Assembly (NCBI RefSeq): GCF_020745735.1
Contig: NC_083401.1
Span: forward strand, 138,815,740 to 138,879,739
From: Hemiscyllium ocellatum
Lineage: Eukaryota
Direction of reading: 5' to 3'
DNA length: 64,000 bases
Numbering within the stretch: position 1 is the stretch's first letter; each line of letters begins with the position of its first letter. Under the pieces are notes generated by a model that was not told where the DNA came from, did no database searches, and saw only the letters and a program-made list of their open reading frames with translations. A program made the position numbers and the translations under genes. Below, one piece after another: positions 1-12,820 of the stretch.

Positions 1-430
1 GAGGCTGAACAGGCTGGGGCTGTTTTCCCTGGAGCATCGGAGGCTGAGGGGTGACCTTTATAGAGGTTTACAAAATTAAGAGGGGCATGGATAGGGTAAA
101 TATGCAAAGTCTTTTCCTTGGGATCAGGGAATCCATAACTAGAGGGCATAGGTTTACGGTGAGAGGAGAAAGATATAAAAGAGATCTAAGGGGCAACTTT
201 TTCATGCAGAGGGTGGTACATGTATGGAATGAGCTGCCAGAGTAAGTGATGGAGGCTGATACAATTGCAACATTTTAGAGGCATTTGGATGGTTATATGA
301 ATAGGAAGCATTTGGAGGGATATGGGCCAGATGCTGGCAGGTGGGCGTAGACGGGGTTGGGATATCTGGTCGGCATGGGCGGGTTGGACCGAAGGGTCTG
401 TTTCCGTGCTGTACATCTCTATGACTCTGT
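1..430 (+). mobile_element. CR1/HER1-like LINE, 3' end (RT C-terminus + 3' UTR)
   Basis: Translates to ...IEVYKI...TRGHRFTVRGERYKRDLRGNFFMQRVVHVWNELPE, the typical CR1 ORF2 C-terminus; ends in CTCTATGACTCT tail. Confidence 0.9.
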
Positions 431-2349
431 GAACCTAAAAAAGTAAGAAATCAGGGTTTTTAAAAACAGCTCTACAGAAGAGACTTTATGCGAAAGAAAT
501 AAAAGCCTCTAACCTCTAAAAAGCATATTTTGTATATTACAAAGCTTTAGATGAAGACAGAACAATTGAACTCTTGATACCTTATAATACCATTAGCAAT
601 CTGAGCAGCAAGTTGAAAAGTCATGATTAATGACCAAAGATAACAATTAAGATAGATTTCTTAACAGAATAATTGACATATTTGACCATTCATCAGAGAT
701 GATGTTCTTTTCTTCCTTCTCTCTCCGATTTTGTCCTCACTCCTGTTTCTCTGAGGGAAGTAGAATATCTGGCATTCTGCTATCTCATCTGAATGTATGT
801 CAGATGTGAGTTGGAGGAGTTGAATAATGGTAAATTTAAACTTAACCCTGCTGTCATTTAATATCCACACATGTACTTGCTGCTGAGAGTGAAGTGAACT
901 CTAGTACCCCATGTTACTAAGGTTCATAATTACTGACTCAGTGTAGATCAGATAATGGGATTTGTCTGGTTTGCATGGCTCATTAATGTTACGTGGTGTA
1001 TTCACACACTAAATGATTCCAGTTTAACAAGCTTGCTAATCCTAACACTAATACAAATGGATGGAATCTCAGAACTATTTGCAATTTCCTGCTCATTACC
1101 TCAGAGCTACTTGTGGGATCTTGCTGGGCCTGCACATTGGTTTTTGCTGCATTTCGCCATGTTATAACAGCTACTGCACTTCACAAAGTATTTCAACTAC
1201 TATAAAACTTTATAAGATATCCTGATGTCATGAAAGGGAATATAAATACAAGTTGTTTTATTTACAATCATTTGGCAATTGTGTTATAAAATGATAAACG
1301 TGAAATTGGCAATAAGTAAATGTTCCCATAGACTTGAAATCTCTCAAATCTTAATGTTGATTTTGAAAAGGGTATGCCTTATCAGTTTTAGCTAGTACTA
1401 CTGTGGGTTTCCTTTGAACATCTATAAATCTGAACATATTTGAATATCTGAGAACTTCGAATTTTTGATAACTAGTAAATAAATCAGCCTGTTAAAACCT
1501 AGAATGTGTATAATTTTGCAGCGCATTATATGCTCTTTTTAAACAATCATCCTTGAAATTACTCCAGTAAATGTCAATTTTACTCTCCGGAACAATAATT
1601 AAATTTTGTGTTACAACTAGGGCTTTGGATTTTCAATCTTGGTTTGAGATTGCAGTGCCTCTGATTCAATCTCTTAAATTCCCGAATCTTAGCGAGCAAT
1701 CAAAACTGCCAGTTTGTTGACTGGACACACCCCTTCATTGGTGATGGCAATTTTCTTTTCTTCTTTACCAGATGAAATTGACATTACAGAATGGAACAAG
1801 TCGTATCTTAAAATATTTAAACAAGGGAAAATGTAACTATCTTACGGTTACTTTCAACTGCATTATTATCGCTGGACCCTTTCTTTCAATAGCCTGGCAC
1901 CATCTTTGATCAGAAACTTAACTGGACCATCTGTATCAATACCAAGTCCTCAAAACCTGGCCAAATTCTGGGTAATCTGCAAAGATCAACCTGCATCTTG
2001 ACTTCCCAGTAACTTTCCATCAACTGAAAGTAAAAGTCAGAGTATAATATATCAAGGGTTGTGGTGGCAGACAGGAAAGTGGAGTTAGATCATAGTCAAA
2101 TTGCCATGATAATAATGAATGGCCCAGCAAGTGACTCAAAGGGCAGAATGGCCTGGCTTGCTTCAAAGGCTTATGTTATTTATTGCAGGACAAAATATTA
2201 ACATTAAATAACAAAGGTAGGGCTGAGTAAAAGTGAAAGATTCTTTTGGTGTGTCTTTTGTGATTTTTAGCCATTGTGCCCCAAAAGTTCCTCTGTGTCT
2301 GATTTCTTTCAGTAATGTTCTTCTGTGTTATGTTTCTTGTCATAGTCTT

Positions 2350-2870
2350 TGCTCCTGTAACACTAGCCTTTGAATTGATGCTCTTCCAGCAGCGATTGAT
2401 GTTTATCTCAGCTTGTCCCTCTTGGAATGGCCTTTAGTGTTTTGGATTATGGAGCTGCTTGGGACAAACCTCAACAAAAAGAAACACTTCATATTTTTCC
2501 AGTTCCTTTTTGCACTTAAGGGACATTCCTGAAGGAAATTCATCACGAGCAGCTCTGTAAAGCAGGACTCTCGGATCTGTTCCCAGTGACATCTCAAATA
2601 CCGTCTACCACAGTCAATTTGGGAAATAAGTCAATATTAGAGGAGCAAATAAGGCAGGCAGCAGTCGCTTCCCAATTTCAATTACCTCTAAGGCAGTGTA
2701 TGATGGTGTTGAGACACCAATTGTGCATGAAGGTTCTGATTGTGGAAGAAGCCAAGCCATGTCCACGTGATTGTTTGAAAGTCCTGGAAATGAGGCATTC
2801 TGCCAAATGACCTTGACAATTTACCCACAAAATTATATGAAGTGTCGAGAAACCCACTGTATCCATATCA
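2350..2870 (-). mobile_element. Decayed Tx1/L1-clade LINE fragments (zf-RVT C-terminal region)
   Basis: Minus-strand pieces read IVKVIWQNASFPGLSNNHVDMAW, IRTFMH...HC, LQECPLSAKRNWKNM...LRFVPSSSIIQ and INRCWKSINS, resembling the C-terminus of Tx1-like ORF2 (recognised from memory); frameshifted. Confidence 0.6.
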
Positions 2871-5346
2871 GCAGGGCATCAAGCAAATTAGGTGCAACAT
2901 CAAATTGATGGACATCTGTAGGGAAAGGTATTTTACATGAGGGACATGACATGGAGCATTCCTCAGCAGCGTAAACAGACTCATCCTTTGAAACAACAGG
3001 AATAGATAGATCCTCAGCATTTGGTGTTTGCTAACAAAGGATCTTTGCACAGCTTGATGCAGACTTAGACAAAGAAACATATTGATATGCTCCCAACCCT
3101 TGCCTGGAGATTCGTACATGATGTTCCTGTAGGCCAACTGATCCTTTGTTGCCTTCACTGTCAGTTTAAACTCTCTGAAAATGCTGGGGATTTGGTGCAA
3201 AAGGGCTGTAGGTGAGTGAAAAAACTTGGAAAAATGAATAGTCAGGTTGAAATGGAAAATGGATTTGTGGAGCTCACCCTCTTTCCTATGCAGCTAAGAA
3301 TCTGGTCATTAGCTGTGAGGGTTTTTCTGTGTTGCTATACTTACTTCAGTCTTGTACCATGCCCAGTTCCCAGAACTGGTGATCCCAAGTCACTTTCCAC
3401 ATTATCTTGAGGCCAACAACAGATGGTTTTACTGTACCTATTTTTTATATAGATTTCATTTTGACATTATCAATATCAAATACTGGAATTTGCCATTAAC
3501 ATACTTTTCTACAAAAGTTCATTTTTGAGTTTATTTGTTTTCTTCAAAATTTATTCTTAATAAAGTAGGTGTTGCAATATTGTATTTTCATGTAACATGG
3601 ATGATTTTTAAATTGTATGGTTGGTAGGATTAGACTCCAGCAAAAGAATTTCAAATTCTCTGTAAGAAATCTTGCTATCACCTGTATAGATAATAGTCTT
3701 TTAGAAGTGTTAAGATTTCAAAGTATTTTAGCACCAACAGCGAGGACTGAATTTTCCCAACCCCTGAAAGATGTGGGCAATGGTGAGTCAGTTGGAAAAT
3801 ATGTCTACAATGGAAAAGTGAGATTCTCAACATTGATTAAAATTGTGCTCAATACATTTTAATAGCTCAATGAGAATCTCAATAGTAACTGACAATAGGA
3901 TTATTTGCATGCATTAATATTTTATAATCGAATATCGCCTCATTTTGCACAAAATGTTATTTTTATAATACTTTAGAGAAACAAGATAGCAGAAATATCT
4001 ATGGAATTATCAACAAGTATCTCACTGCTGCAGCTTGCTGTCATCTTTTCTGGGTCACTATAATATTCAAAATTTCCCAATATTTCTATTAGCAGCAACC
4101 ATCCACAGCCTCAATACATGGACGTTGGTATTGGTAAAGCAATGATATCACCATACTGTAATGGCACTCCCCTGACTGCACTCCAGAACTCACTGACCTC
4201 TTACATTGCAATGTTATTGCCAGGTCACTTCGCACACGTGGACAGGTGCTCACCTCATGAATGGGTGTTGGGTGCGTCTCATGGCCTGCTTTCTTAGCTC
4301 TCAATTACTTTGTACAAACTTGGATGTCGATAGCATTTTCTGTCTTGCCTTGTCTTTTTGTGCATTGCCACATCATTCAGAACTTAGAGGCACATCGGAA
4401 AGTCATGATAGTACTTCTATCAGTGAGGATACCAAGTCAGGCACGTTGTCATGTTTTACAGCAATGGTCAGGCTGCTGTACAGAATTGTCATCTGTCAAC
4501 ACCACAGCTGCAGCATGTGGTAGCTGCTGACACAGCAAACATGCTGAAAGTGCTTCAACTAAATGGCCGTGTCTCCAAGTTTAAGGGGAGTCATGCTCAG
4601 TCTAGTTGGGGAGACTGTCATCAGTTAGAATACTGACGCAGTAAGGAGACAGTGAGATCTGCAGATGCTGGAGATCAGAGTTGAGAGTATGTTGCTCTAA
4701 GTCAAAGCTATAGGCCAGTGTCAGCTTGGAGCTTGGATACGGTGTTAGCCATCCACTTGGAGCATTTGGGAGCAGGGTTCCTCACCCCATTAGTCTAGGG
4801 AGTTGGTCACAGTCAGTCTGCAGGTCCATTGGATTGAGTCTAGGGATTAGCAGCATCGGTTGGGAAGTTATACAGGTATCAGTCAAGGATCTTGTCAGTC
4901 AGCAACAGGACTATCAAATCCGGTTAGTCAGAGGGATGGGTTATAGTCAATCAAGGTGTGGGGCTATCAGGATCCACTGTTGTGATGGGGGTGTTGGAGA
5001 AGACAATTGTCGGCAGATGTAGAAGGGATAATTATTATGGGGGGGAGAGGCCAACTCAATGTAGGAAGGCAGGAGATGATGCAGCATGGGAGGGCATGTG
5101 TTACTGCAGGAAGGAGGCCATTGACAGTCACCACTAATGAAAACTCAGTGGCTCAAAGGTGGGAGAGTGCATGGCAATGATTGGCATAGCGAAGTTGTAA
5201 ACATGGGGCTCATTGTAAAGTGGGGAGATGTAAAGAGTTGGGAACATGGGGAGGATTAAAGTAAATAGGGTTGTCAGGGTTATCAAAGCAAAAAGAAACA
5301 TAAAGGTTTAGTGAGTGACCTGGACTGACAGGCCAAACCTACAACT

Positions 5347-5430
5347 CACTCTGTGAAGTGTTACCTGGGCCACCTTTCATTCTCATCCACTCTGTGAAGT
5401 GTTACCTGGGCCACCTTTCATTCTCATCCA
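5347..5430. repeat. Perfect 41-bp tandem duplication
   Basis: CACTCTGTGAAGTGTTACCTGGGCCACCTTTCATTCTCATC at 5347-5387 and 5388-5428, plus CA. Confidence 0.95.
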
Positions 5431-6439
5431 AATTGCAAGTGCACAATGCAAATGAAAGTTTGCTGCCAGTACATCTGGAGTGGGCTAAGAAAGTATTTTG
5501 TTCAAATCTTTCAGGAACCAAGCTTTGCTTGTGAGCACTATTCCTGACTTGTGTCATGTAGACATGGTGGACAGACACTGGTGAGGCAGGAAGTAAATTA
5601 TTCACCACCGAATTCATAGCCTCCAGCCTGCTCTTGGACCAGCTGTAACTATAATGGCTACAGTTCCATTTCTTGTCAATGGTAAACTCTAGGACGTTAA
5701 TATGAAATTTTGGGAAAATACAGTCAGTCCTTTAATCCTGTGAATGCTGGAAATCTAAAATTAAAAAGGAATATGTTAAGGTAACACTTCAGGTCCCTGA
5801 TTGATTGTGATTGTGTGACTGACTGGATTGTGCTGCAGGGAACTGCAATGGACCTGATGGACTGACAAGCTTCATTCTGTGAAGTAAGTAATCCTGTGAC
5901 TTTACTACTCTATGCAAACTCAGACTTAAAAGGAACATTACTTCTAGAAGATGAGAATACAATGTAGTACAGATGCTGGAGATCTGAAATAATAAAACTG
6001 CTGGAGGAAGGTTTGGCCAAATCTGTAGAGACAGAAACTGATTTAATTGGCAAAATCTTACAGGGCCTGAGCAACGTTGACTGTGGCAGGATTTGTGGTA
6101 GAATTGTGTGATAACATTGGTGAGGTCTATTGTGCTGTCAAGAGTAACCTATTGCACCCTTTCATGCATTTGCCAAGTAGTGGGGCAAGTTTCTATCTCT
6201 ATTTAAAAATGCTGCTTACTTCATGAGTATTCAGCTTCCTACCTTTTCAAATGTACCAAACAAGTTTGATACCAAGAATTCTTCACACAGCAGTCAAAGC
6301 AGGTACCTAGTGACTTAAGCTCACTGCTTGCACGGAAGAGCCTCCATGTTAAACATTGGGCAACAAAATCTCAGTGCATGCTCAACAAGCACCAGCCACA
6401 TGCACTGCACTTCCACAGACATTGATATCTGATATATGC

Positions 6440-7820
6440 CAGCCTCTAAGAAATGGAATTCAATCTGGATAAATATGAAGTGATGCACATGAGCAGGTTA
6501 AACAAGAGAAGGCAAAACATGACGATTGGCAGGACACTGGGAAGTGCCGAGGATCAGAGGGACTTTGGTATTCATGTCCACCAGTCCATTAAGGTGTAGA
6601 TAAAGGTAGATAAAGTGGTAAAGCAGGCATTTGGTATATTGACCTTTATTAGCTGAGGCATCGAGTTTAAGACCAGGGAGGTTATCTTGGAACTGTTATA
6701 AAACATTGTTTAGGACACAGCTAGAGTATGGTGATAAATAAAATATAAAACTGGAAATTTGGAATGAAAACAGAAATTGCTGGAGAAATTCAGCAGCATC
6801 TGTGAACAAACAGCACAGTTAATATTTCGCATCCTGTGACCCTTCTTCAGAACTGATGGTAGCTTGGAAAAGGTGGTATTTATGCTGAAGACATGGGTGG
6901 AGGGAGGAAATGAATGTGAAGATAAGGAGAAATGGAGCCCAGAGAGAAAGAATGACAGTTCGGGAGACCAGGGGATGGATAATAGTATGCTTAGGAGATG
7001 GAAAAGCTGATAACGGGGACCATAAGTAGCTGAAAATGGGTTGGCTGGGCCAATTGCACCCCCTCTGATGACAGGGCCTGGGGTGTGGGTAAAGGCCATG
7101 GTACATGATGTTAAGGTTCTAAAATTGTTGAACTCAATATTGAGTCCTGCAAGGTTCCCAAACAGAAAATGAGATGCTGTTTTTTCCAGTTTGCACTGAT
7201 CCTTGCTGAGACAGATATGTTGGCCAGGGAACACTGGAATGTATGGAAGTGGCAGGCATCTAGAAGTTCAGGGTCATTTTTGCAAGCTCTAGTGTTGTGT
7301 TCAGTTCTGGAAGTCACGTTATAGGAGGGATAGCACTGAAGAGTGTGCAGAGGAGATTCATCAGGATGTTTCCTGTGTTGTAAAATTATAATTAAAAAGG
7401 CAATTTGCATAGACTAGGATTGTTTTCCTTAGAGCAGAGGAGATTGAAAGGAAATTTGATTGAGATGTATAAAATTATGAGTGAAGTGGATAGGGTGGAC
7501 AGAAATAAACCTTTTCCCTTGACGGAGCAATCAATGACTAGGGATGGGGCGATGTAGATTTAAGGCCAGAGGCAGGAGGTTTAGAAGAGATGTGATGAAA
7601 ACGTTTTCACCCAATAGGCAGTGGGAATCTGGAAATCATTGCCTGTAAGTGTGGTAGAGGTGGAAACCCTCAAAACATTTAATTATTTAGATGTGCACTT
7701 GTGATGCCAAGGCATAGAAGGCTATGGACCAAGTGCTGAACAATGGGATAAGAATATGCATGTGGTTGTTTTTGATTGGTGGGTCGAGAGACCTTTTTCT
7801 GTGTTGTAGATTGCTCTGAA
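6440..7820 (+). mobile_element. Decayed CR1 LINE 3' part, interrupted by a Penelope-like fragment (about 6745-7285, minus strand)
   Basis: CR1 RT-like sequence (…TTAGGACACAGCTAGAGTA… resumes …TTGTGTTCAGTTCTGG…). The insert reads HFLFGNLAGLNIEFNNFR on the minus strand (Penelope GIY-YIG end) and carries a pLTR with a decayed CTGAAGA-AGGGTC-…GAAA motif. Confidence 0.7.
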
Positions 7821-8739
7821 ACTTTACAACACTTCTCTGATCCACTTACAAGATGCTTCTGTACTGCAGTGCTGCGCTTTTCCAGCAACATATTTTCAGC
7901 TCCTATACTGACACCTATTATTGTAAGCTTCAGCAAGGACACTGCATAGTTAGGGATAGGCACCCAGCTCATGAACTGGATATAGCTGTATTTCTGGCTT
8001 GTTCTCTTGCTCGCAAGGCACTCAAAGCAAATCTACTTCACATTACTTTTCCTTGCCTTTTTATACTTTGCCTGCTCAGCCAGAGAGCAGGATCATGATA
8101 TTCCTGTTTTGCTGTGCAATTCTGTACAGACACAAAGTCAGGAAACATGTCATGGATCTCCTCATTCACTGGCCTTCATTCTTCAAGTCCCAGCACAGTA
8201 AGTCAGAGCAACTTTTAGTATCAGTCCAGGAGCTTGGGCATGGTTAATCAGCTGCTTTGGGCAATCAGAGTCAATATGGTTTCCATATAAGGGATGAGGA
8301 ACCCAATATTGTGCAGCTCACCACTCTTTATGAATCCTTTTGCCCTACTATGATCTGTTTTCATCCTGGAAAGAGAGAGAGAGAGGCCAATATTAAAAAA
8401 GATGAAAGTAAATGGTACAGTTATAACTTTTGGTCCAGGAGGGGAGGTGTCCAGAGTTGGGAAGCAGTAAGGGCAGGGGGCATGCAGAGTTGGCAGTGGA
8501 TGACAGTAAGTGAGAGAAGATGTTGCAGGTAGTTGCAGAAGTGGTGGATCAAGAGCCTTCTTATCGCCGAGCTGGGAATTTGTGTTGCAAATTCCTAGCT
8601 CGGCGAACAGAACCACAACAACGAGCACCTGAGCTATAAATCTTCTCCCAAACTTTGGTCAAGAGCCTTGGTGGGAAGTGGATTACAGTAGCAGAGATAG
8701 AGTGAGGCAACAAAGAGAAGATGGCAGCACCTAAACTGG

Positions 8740-8960
8740 TGGAGTTGAGAAATTCATTAACCTTCTTCCTGCACTGTTGTGCATTCCTCCTGATGGCTAA
8801 GACAGCAGTGACTAGGTGGCCAACTTGGACCAGGTTGGTGTTGAGGCCTCCTCTGATCCTGGAGGAAGGGGGCATCCTTTCTGTGCATCACCCCATCCAT
8901 CTGCATTTTCAGGTCTCTGTCTGTAATATGTGGTGCCACATTTTCCTTGTCTGCCATGTC
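8740..8960 (-). mobile_element. PIF/Harbinger Myb/SANT-like accessory gene remnant
   Basis: Minus frames read APHITDRDLKMQMDGVMHRKD… and …IRRNAQQCRKKVNEFL, matching the Myb/SANT-like domain of Harbinger ORF2; frameshifted. Confidence 0.65.
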
Positions 8961-10489
8961 TGGGACAAAAGGCAAGAACTGTGCAAGGCAGCTCCAGACT
9001 CTCAGTTCTTGTCTGTATAGACAATATACTTTTAAATGTGGCACCAGCATCAGGAGTGCTGGTCAAGTCTGCGATATTCCAGAAGCGGCTGATCATTCCA
9101 GAAACAGCAGTTAATTGGATGAGGATCAAATCAGATGAGAGAGGTGCTGTATGAGTGTGGTAGGTAGTTAATGAGGCATATTTGACCAGATATGGTGAAA
9201 AAACCCATTAGGTCTTATGGTGAAAAACCCTCCATAAGTCCTGACCTAACTGGCATGCAGCCAAAATAAAACATAAGATGCAACTCAATATTTCAAATTC
9301 AATGTGACCCTACTTCAGAAGTAAGGACAGGTGGAAAAGTCCTGAATTTATGATGTTAAAAAGGGTGAGGGGCAAATGGAACAGAAGAGTAAGTCAGGGA
9401 AAGGTTAAATGAGTTTGGACATCAAAGATGTCATGAAGAAAATTACAGAGAGAAGACATCATAGATTCAGAGTAGGGTCTAAGAGGAAACCATGAAAAAC
9501 AGATACTTGGGTTGGGGTGGCAGAGGGGAGAATATGAAAATGGAGTACAGAGTTCATGGTCTTAAGTTATTCAGTTTAATGTTCAGTCTAGAAGTCTGTA
9601 AAGTGCCTAAATGAAAAATCATGCGTTATTCCTCCAACTGAAAAGTCATCAATATTAGTGAGTTGTCATGTCTCTCTTCCAGATGCTGCCAGACCCGTTG
9701 AGTATTTTCAGCTTTTCTGTTTATATTTTAGATTTCCAGCATATGCAATATTTTGTCTTTGTGAGTGTATTAGGGTTATTTCCGCTGAGTATGTGGATGG
9801 GATATGTGGGGGGAGTTAAAATATAGTGAAGTGCTTACTCACATCAAGTCTGTCCTAATCTGCCAACTACAATTTAAAATTGTTTGTGACAAGAACACCA
9901 TCTTTTTCTTTAAATATGCTGATTGGGCTTTGATAAAGGATCAGGCCCTCATTCATCAGTTTCATGAGGTCTCAGTGGGAAAACTGTGGACTAAATTTAT
10001 CTTGGGCTCTTTCCTCCCCAAATCCACACACACATAAACACTTTCAGATACTTGAACTTGATTCCTGGAGTTCTGCGTTTGTGCAAAGGAGTATAGCCTC
10101 TAGGTCCTTATCACAGTGCTGCCCTATGATTTTAATAACAACTTGTAGCACATTTATTGAATTACAATGTCCAAAATGCTTCATAGATCCATCACAAAAC
10201 ACAATATGACATTAAGTCAAATGAGGACAGATGACAAAAGACTTAGTTAGAGTTAGATTTTATGGAGGGTATTGTTGGGTGAAATTGAGCTAGGAGCCAA
10301 GGAAGTCGAAAGCATAGGCAGTAATGGTACGGTAATTAAAATCAAAGATACTTGGCGGCTATTTCCCATCAATCCTGGTTTTTTCATCAGAAATTACAAG
10401 CAGGAGCTTAATAAGGTCTGTTTCCTGCTTGGAAGTCACAATTGAGGATATCAAATTAGACAACAATTGTGCAGGGAGTAAACAAATTA

Positions 10490-10641
10490 TTTCACTGTGT
10501 GCAACTCTGGTCTCTTTCCTATCGGAAAGATGTTGTGAAACTTGAAAAGGTTCAGAAAAGATTTAAAAGAATGTTGCCAAACTTGGAGGGTTTGAGCTAT
10601 AGGGAGAGTATGAATAGGCTGGGGCTGTTTTGTCTGGAGCA
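10490..10641 (+). mobile_element. CR1 LINE RT fragment
   Basis: CVQLWSLSYRKDVVKLEKVQKRFKRMLPNLEGLSYRESMNRLGLFCLE. Confidence 0.85.
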
Positions 10642-11190
10642 GAAAACCCGCAACTGCAAACCCACAGACAACCTCACAATGTTACACTTCTCCAGCTTCC
10701 ACCCAAAACACATTAAAACAGCCATTCCCTATGGAACAGCCCTACGCATGCACATGTTCAGATAAAGAGGAACGCGACGGGCACCTGGAAGTACTCAGGG
10801 ATGCCCTCATAAGAACGGAGTATGATGCCCAATTCATCGACCACGAGTTTTGGCGTGCCACAGTAAGGAACGTAATGACCACCTCAGGAGACAGACACGT
10901 GCTGCAACCGATTGTTACAGTTAACTGAGAATGTAATTTTTAAAAAAATTTTGCGATTTATATACGAAAGAAGTGAAACTATCATAGTATTCTAACAGAT
11001 GAAAGACTCAACAAACAATCAAGGTATTTTTCAATATTTTACATCACACTGTAAACTTTTGCTATAAAGTCTGTGCCTTACAATTGTATTCTCCACAACC
11101 ACCTGATGAAGGAGCGGCGCTCCGAAAGCTAGTGCTTCGAATTAAACCTGTTGGACTATAACCTGGTGTTGTGTGATTTTTAACTTTGGA
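10642..11190 (+). mobile_element. Penelope-like element, family 2 (RT thumb fragment + pLTR)
   Basis: KPTDNLTMLHFSSFHPKHIKTAIPYGTALR is the PLE RT thumb motif; the 3' pLTR carries a hammerhead core at 11100-11134. Confidence 0.8.
11100..11134 (+). ncRNA. Minimal hammerhead ribozyme motif (PLE family 2)
   Basis: CAC-CTGATGA-A-GGAGC(ggc)GCTCC-GAAA-GCTA-GTG: intact core, stem II 5 bp, stem I CAC/GTG, palindromic AGCT in place of stem III. Confidence 0.7.
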
Positions 11191-11662
11191 TTTGAAAGGG
11201 TTGTTTTGATTAGAAAAGGTTGTTTTAAATTAGAATTTGTTCGATCTTATGATCGTAAAATAGACTACAAAACGCATTTCATGAATGAATGAACAAAACC
11301 ATGTTATAGTAAATAACGGGTTCGTAAAGGATTATGAATGAATGAAAAGGAACCTGGCATAAATGAATATAGCGAGCTGGTGGATGAGTTAGTAAAGACA
11401 ACCTAAAATATAATATCTCACACAGCTCAGTGACTTATGAACACTTTTAGACAACTCTTTTGGAGATAATTGGAGACACAGGCCTGCTAATTGAGGCAGT
11501 TGGTAACCTAATGAGAATTTTATACTGAAACAATGGATGCCATGACGATAAATTTTTGCCCCTTTCTATAATTCTGCTTTCATGTTGTGTCCCTTCCTCA
11601 ATTCCCATGGTTGCTTTTTTAACATCAACTTCTTGTTTGCAAATTGTCCTTTTTCTTATTCC

Positions 11663-12820
11663 GGAACTACACCTCCTCCCACCCTGCCCCCTGTAAAAAC
11701 TCCATCCCATATTCCCAATTCCTTCGTCTCCGCCGCATCTGCTCCCAGGAGGACCAGTTCCAACACCGCACAGCCCAGATGGCCTCCTTCTTCAAGGACC
11801 GTAGATTCCCCCCAGATGTGATCGACGATGCCCTCCACCGCATCTCCTCCACTTCCCGCTCCTCCGCCCTTGAGCCACGCCCCTCCAACTGCCACCAAGA
11901 CAGAACCCCACTGGTTCTCACCTACCACCTCACCAACCTCCGTATACAACGTATCATCGGCCGTCATTTCCGCCACCTCCAAACGGACCCCACCACCAGG
12001 GATTTATTTCCCTCCCCTCCCCTATCAGCGTTCCGCAAAGACCACTCCCTTCGTAGCTCCCTCGTCAGGTCCACACCCCCCACCAACCCAACCTCCACTC
12101 CCGGCATCTTCCCCTGTAACCGCAGGAAATGTAAAACTTGCGCCCACACCTCCTCCCTCACTTCCCTCCAAGGCCCCAAGGGATCATTCCATATCCGCCA
12201 CAAGTTCACCTGTACCTCCACACACATCATCTATTGCATCCGCTGCACCCGATGTGGCCTCCTCTATATTGGGGAGACGGGCCGCTTACTTGCGGAACGC
12301 TTCAGAGAACACCTCTGGGACGCCCGGACCAACCAACCCAACCATCCCGTGGCTCAACACTTTAACTCTCCCTCCCACTCCACCGAGGACATGCAGGTCC
12401 TTGGGCTCCTCCACCGGCAGAACATAACAACACGACGGTTGGAGGAAGAGCGCCTCATCTTCCGCCTGGGAACCCTCCAACCACAAGGAATGAACTCAGA
12501 TTTCTCCAGTTTCCTCATTTCCCCTCCCCCCACCTTGTCTCAGTCGGTTCCCTCAACTCAGCACCGCCCTCCTAACCTGCAATCTTCTTCCTGACCTCTC
12601 CGCCCCCACCCCACTCCGGCCTATCACCCTCACCTTGACCTCCTTCCACCTATCACATCGCCTTCGCCCCTCCCCCAAGTCCCTCCTCCCTACCTTTTAT
12701 CTTAGCCTGCTTGGCACACTCTCCTCATTCCTGATGAAGGGCTTATGCCCGAAACGTCGAATTTCCTATTCCTTGGATGCTGCCTAACTTGCTGTGCTTT
12801 AACCAGCAACACATTTTCAG
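11663..12820 (+). mobile_element. Young 5'-truncated Penelope-like retroelement (RT thumb, linker, GIY-YIG endonuclease, pLTR)
   Basis: Uninterrupted frame to the stop at 12594 (YTSSHP…SIPYSQFLRLRRICS…CNRRKCKTC…IYCIRCTRCGLLYIGETGR…RFREH…); 14-bp TSD CTTTTTCTTATTCC at 11649-11662 and 12821-12834. Confidence 0.95.
12727..12762 (+). ncRNA. Minimal hammerhead ribozyme motif (PLE family 1)
   Basis: ATTC-CTGATGA-A-GGGC(ttat)GCCC-GAAA-CGTC-GAAT: canonical core, GUC cleavage triplet, stem I ATTC/GAAT. Confidence 0.8.

Noticed and set aside
11644-12594. 316-aa ORF as a host gene
   Set aside because: No true ATG start; it is the truncated C-terminal half of a Penelope ORF bounded by a TSD. The overlapping ORFs in other frames reflect C-rich composition.
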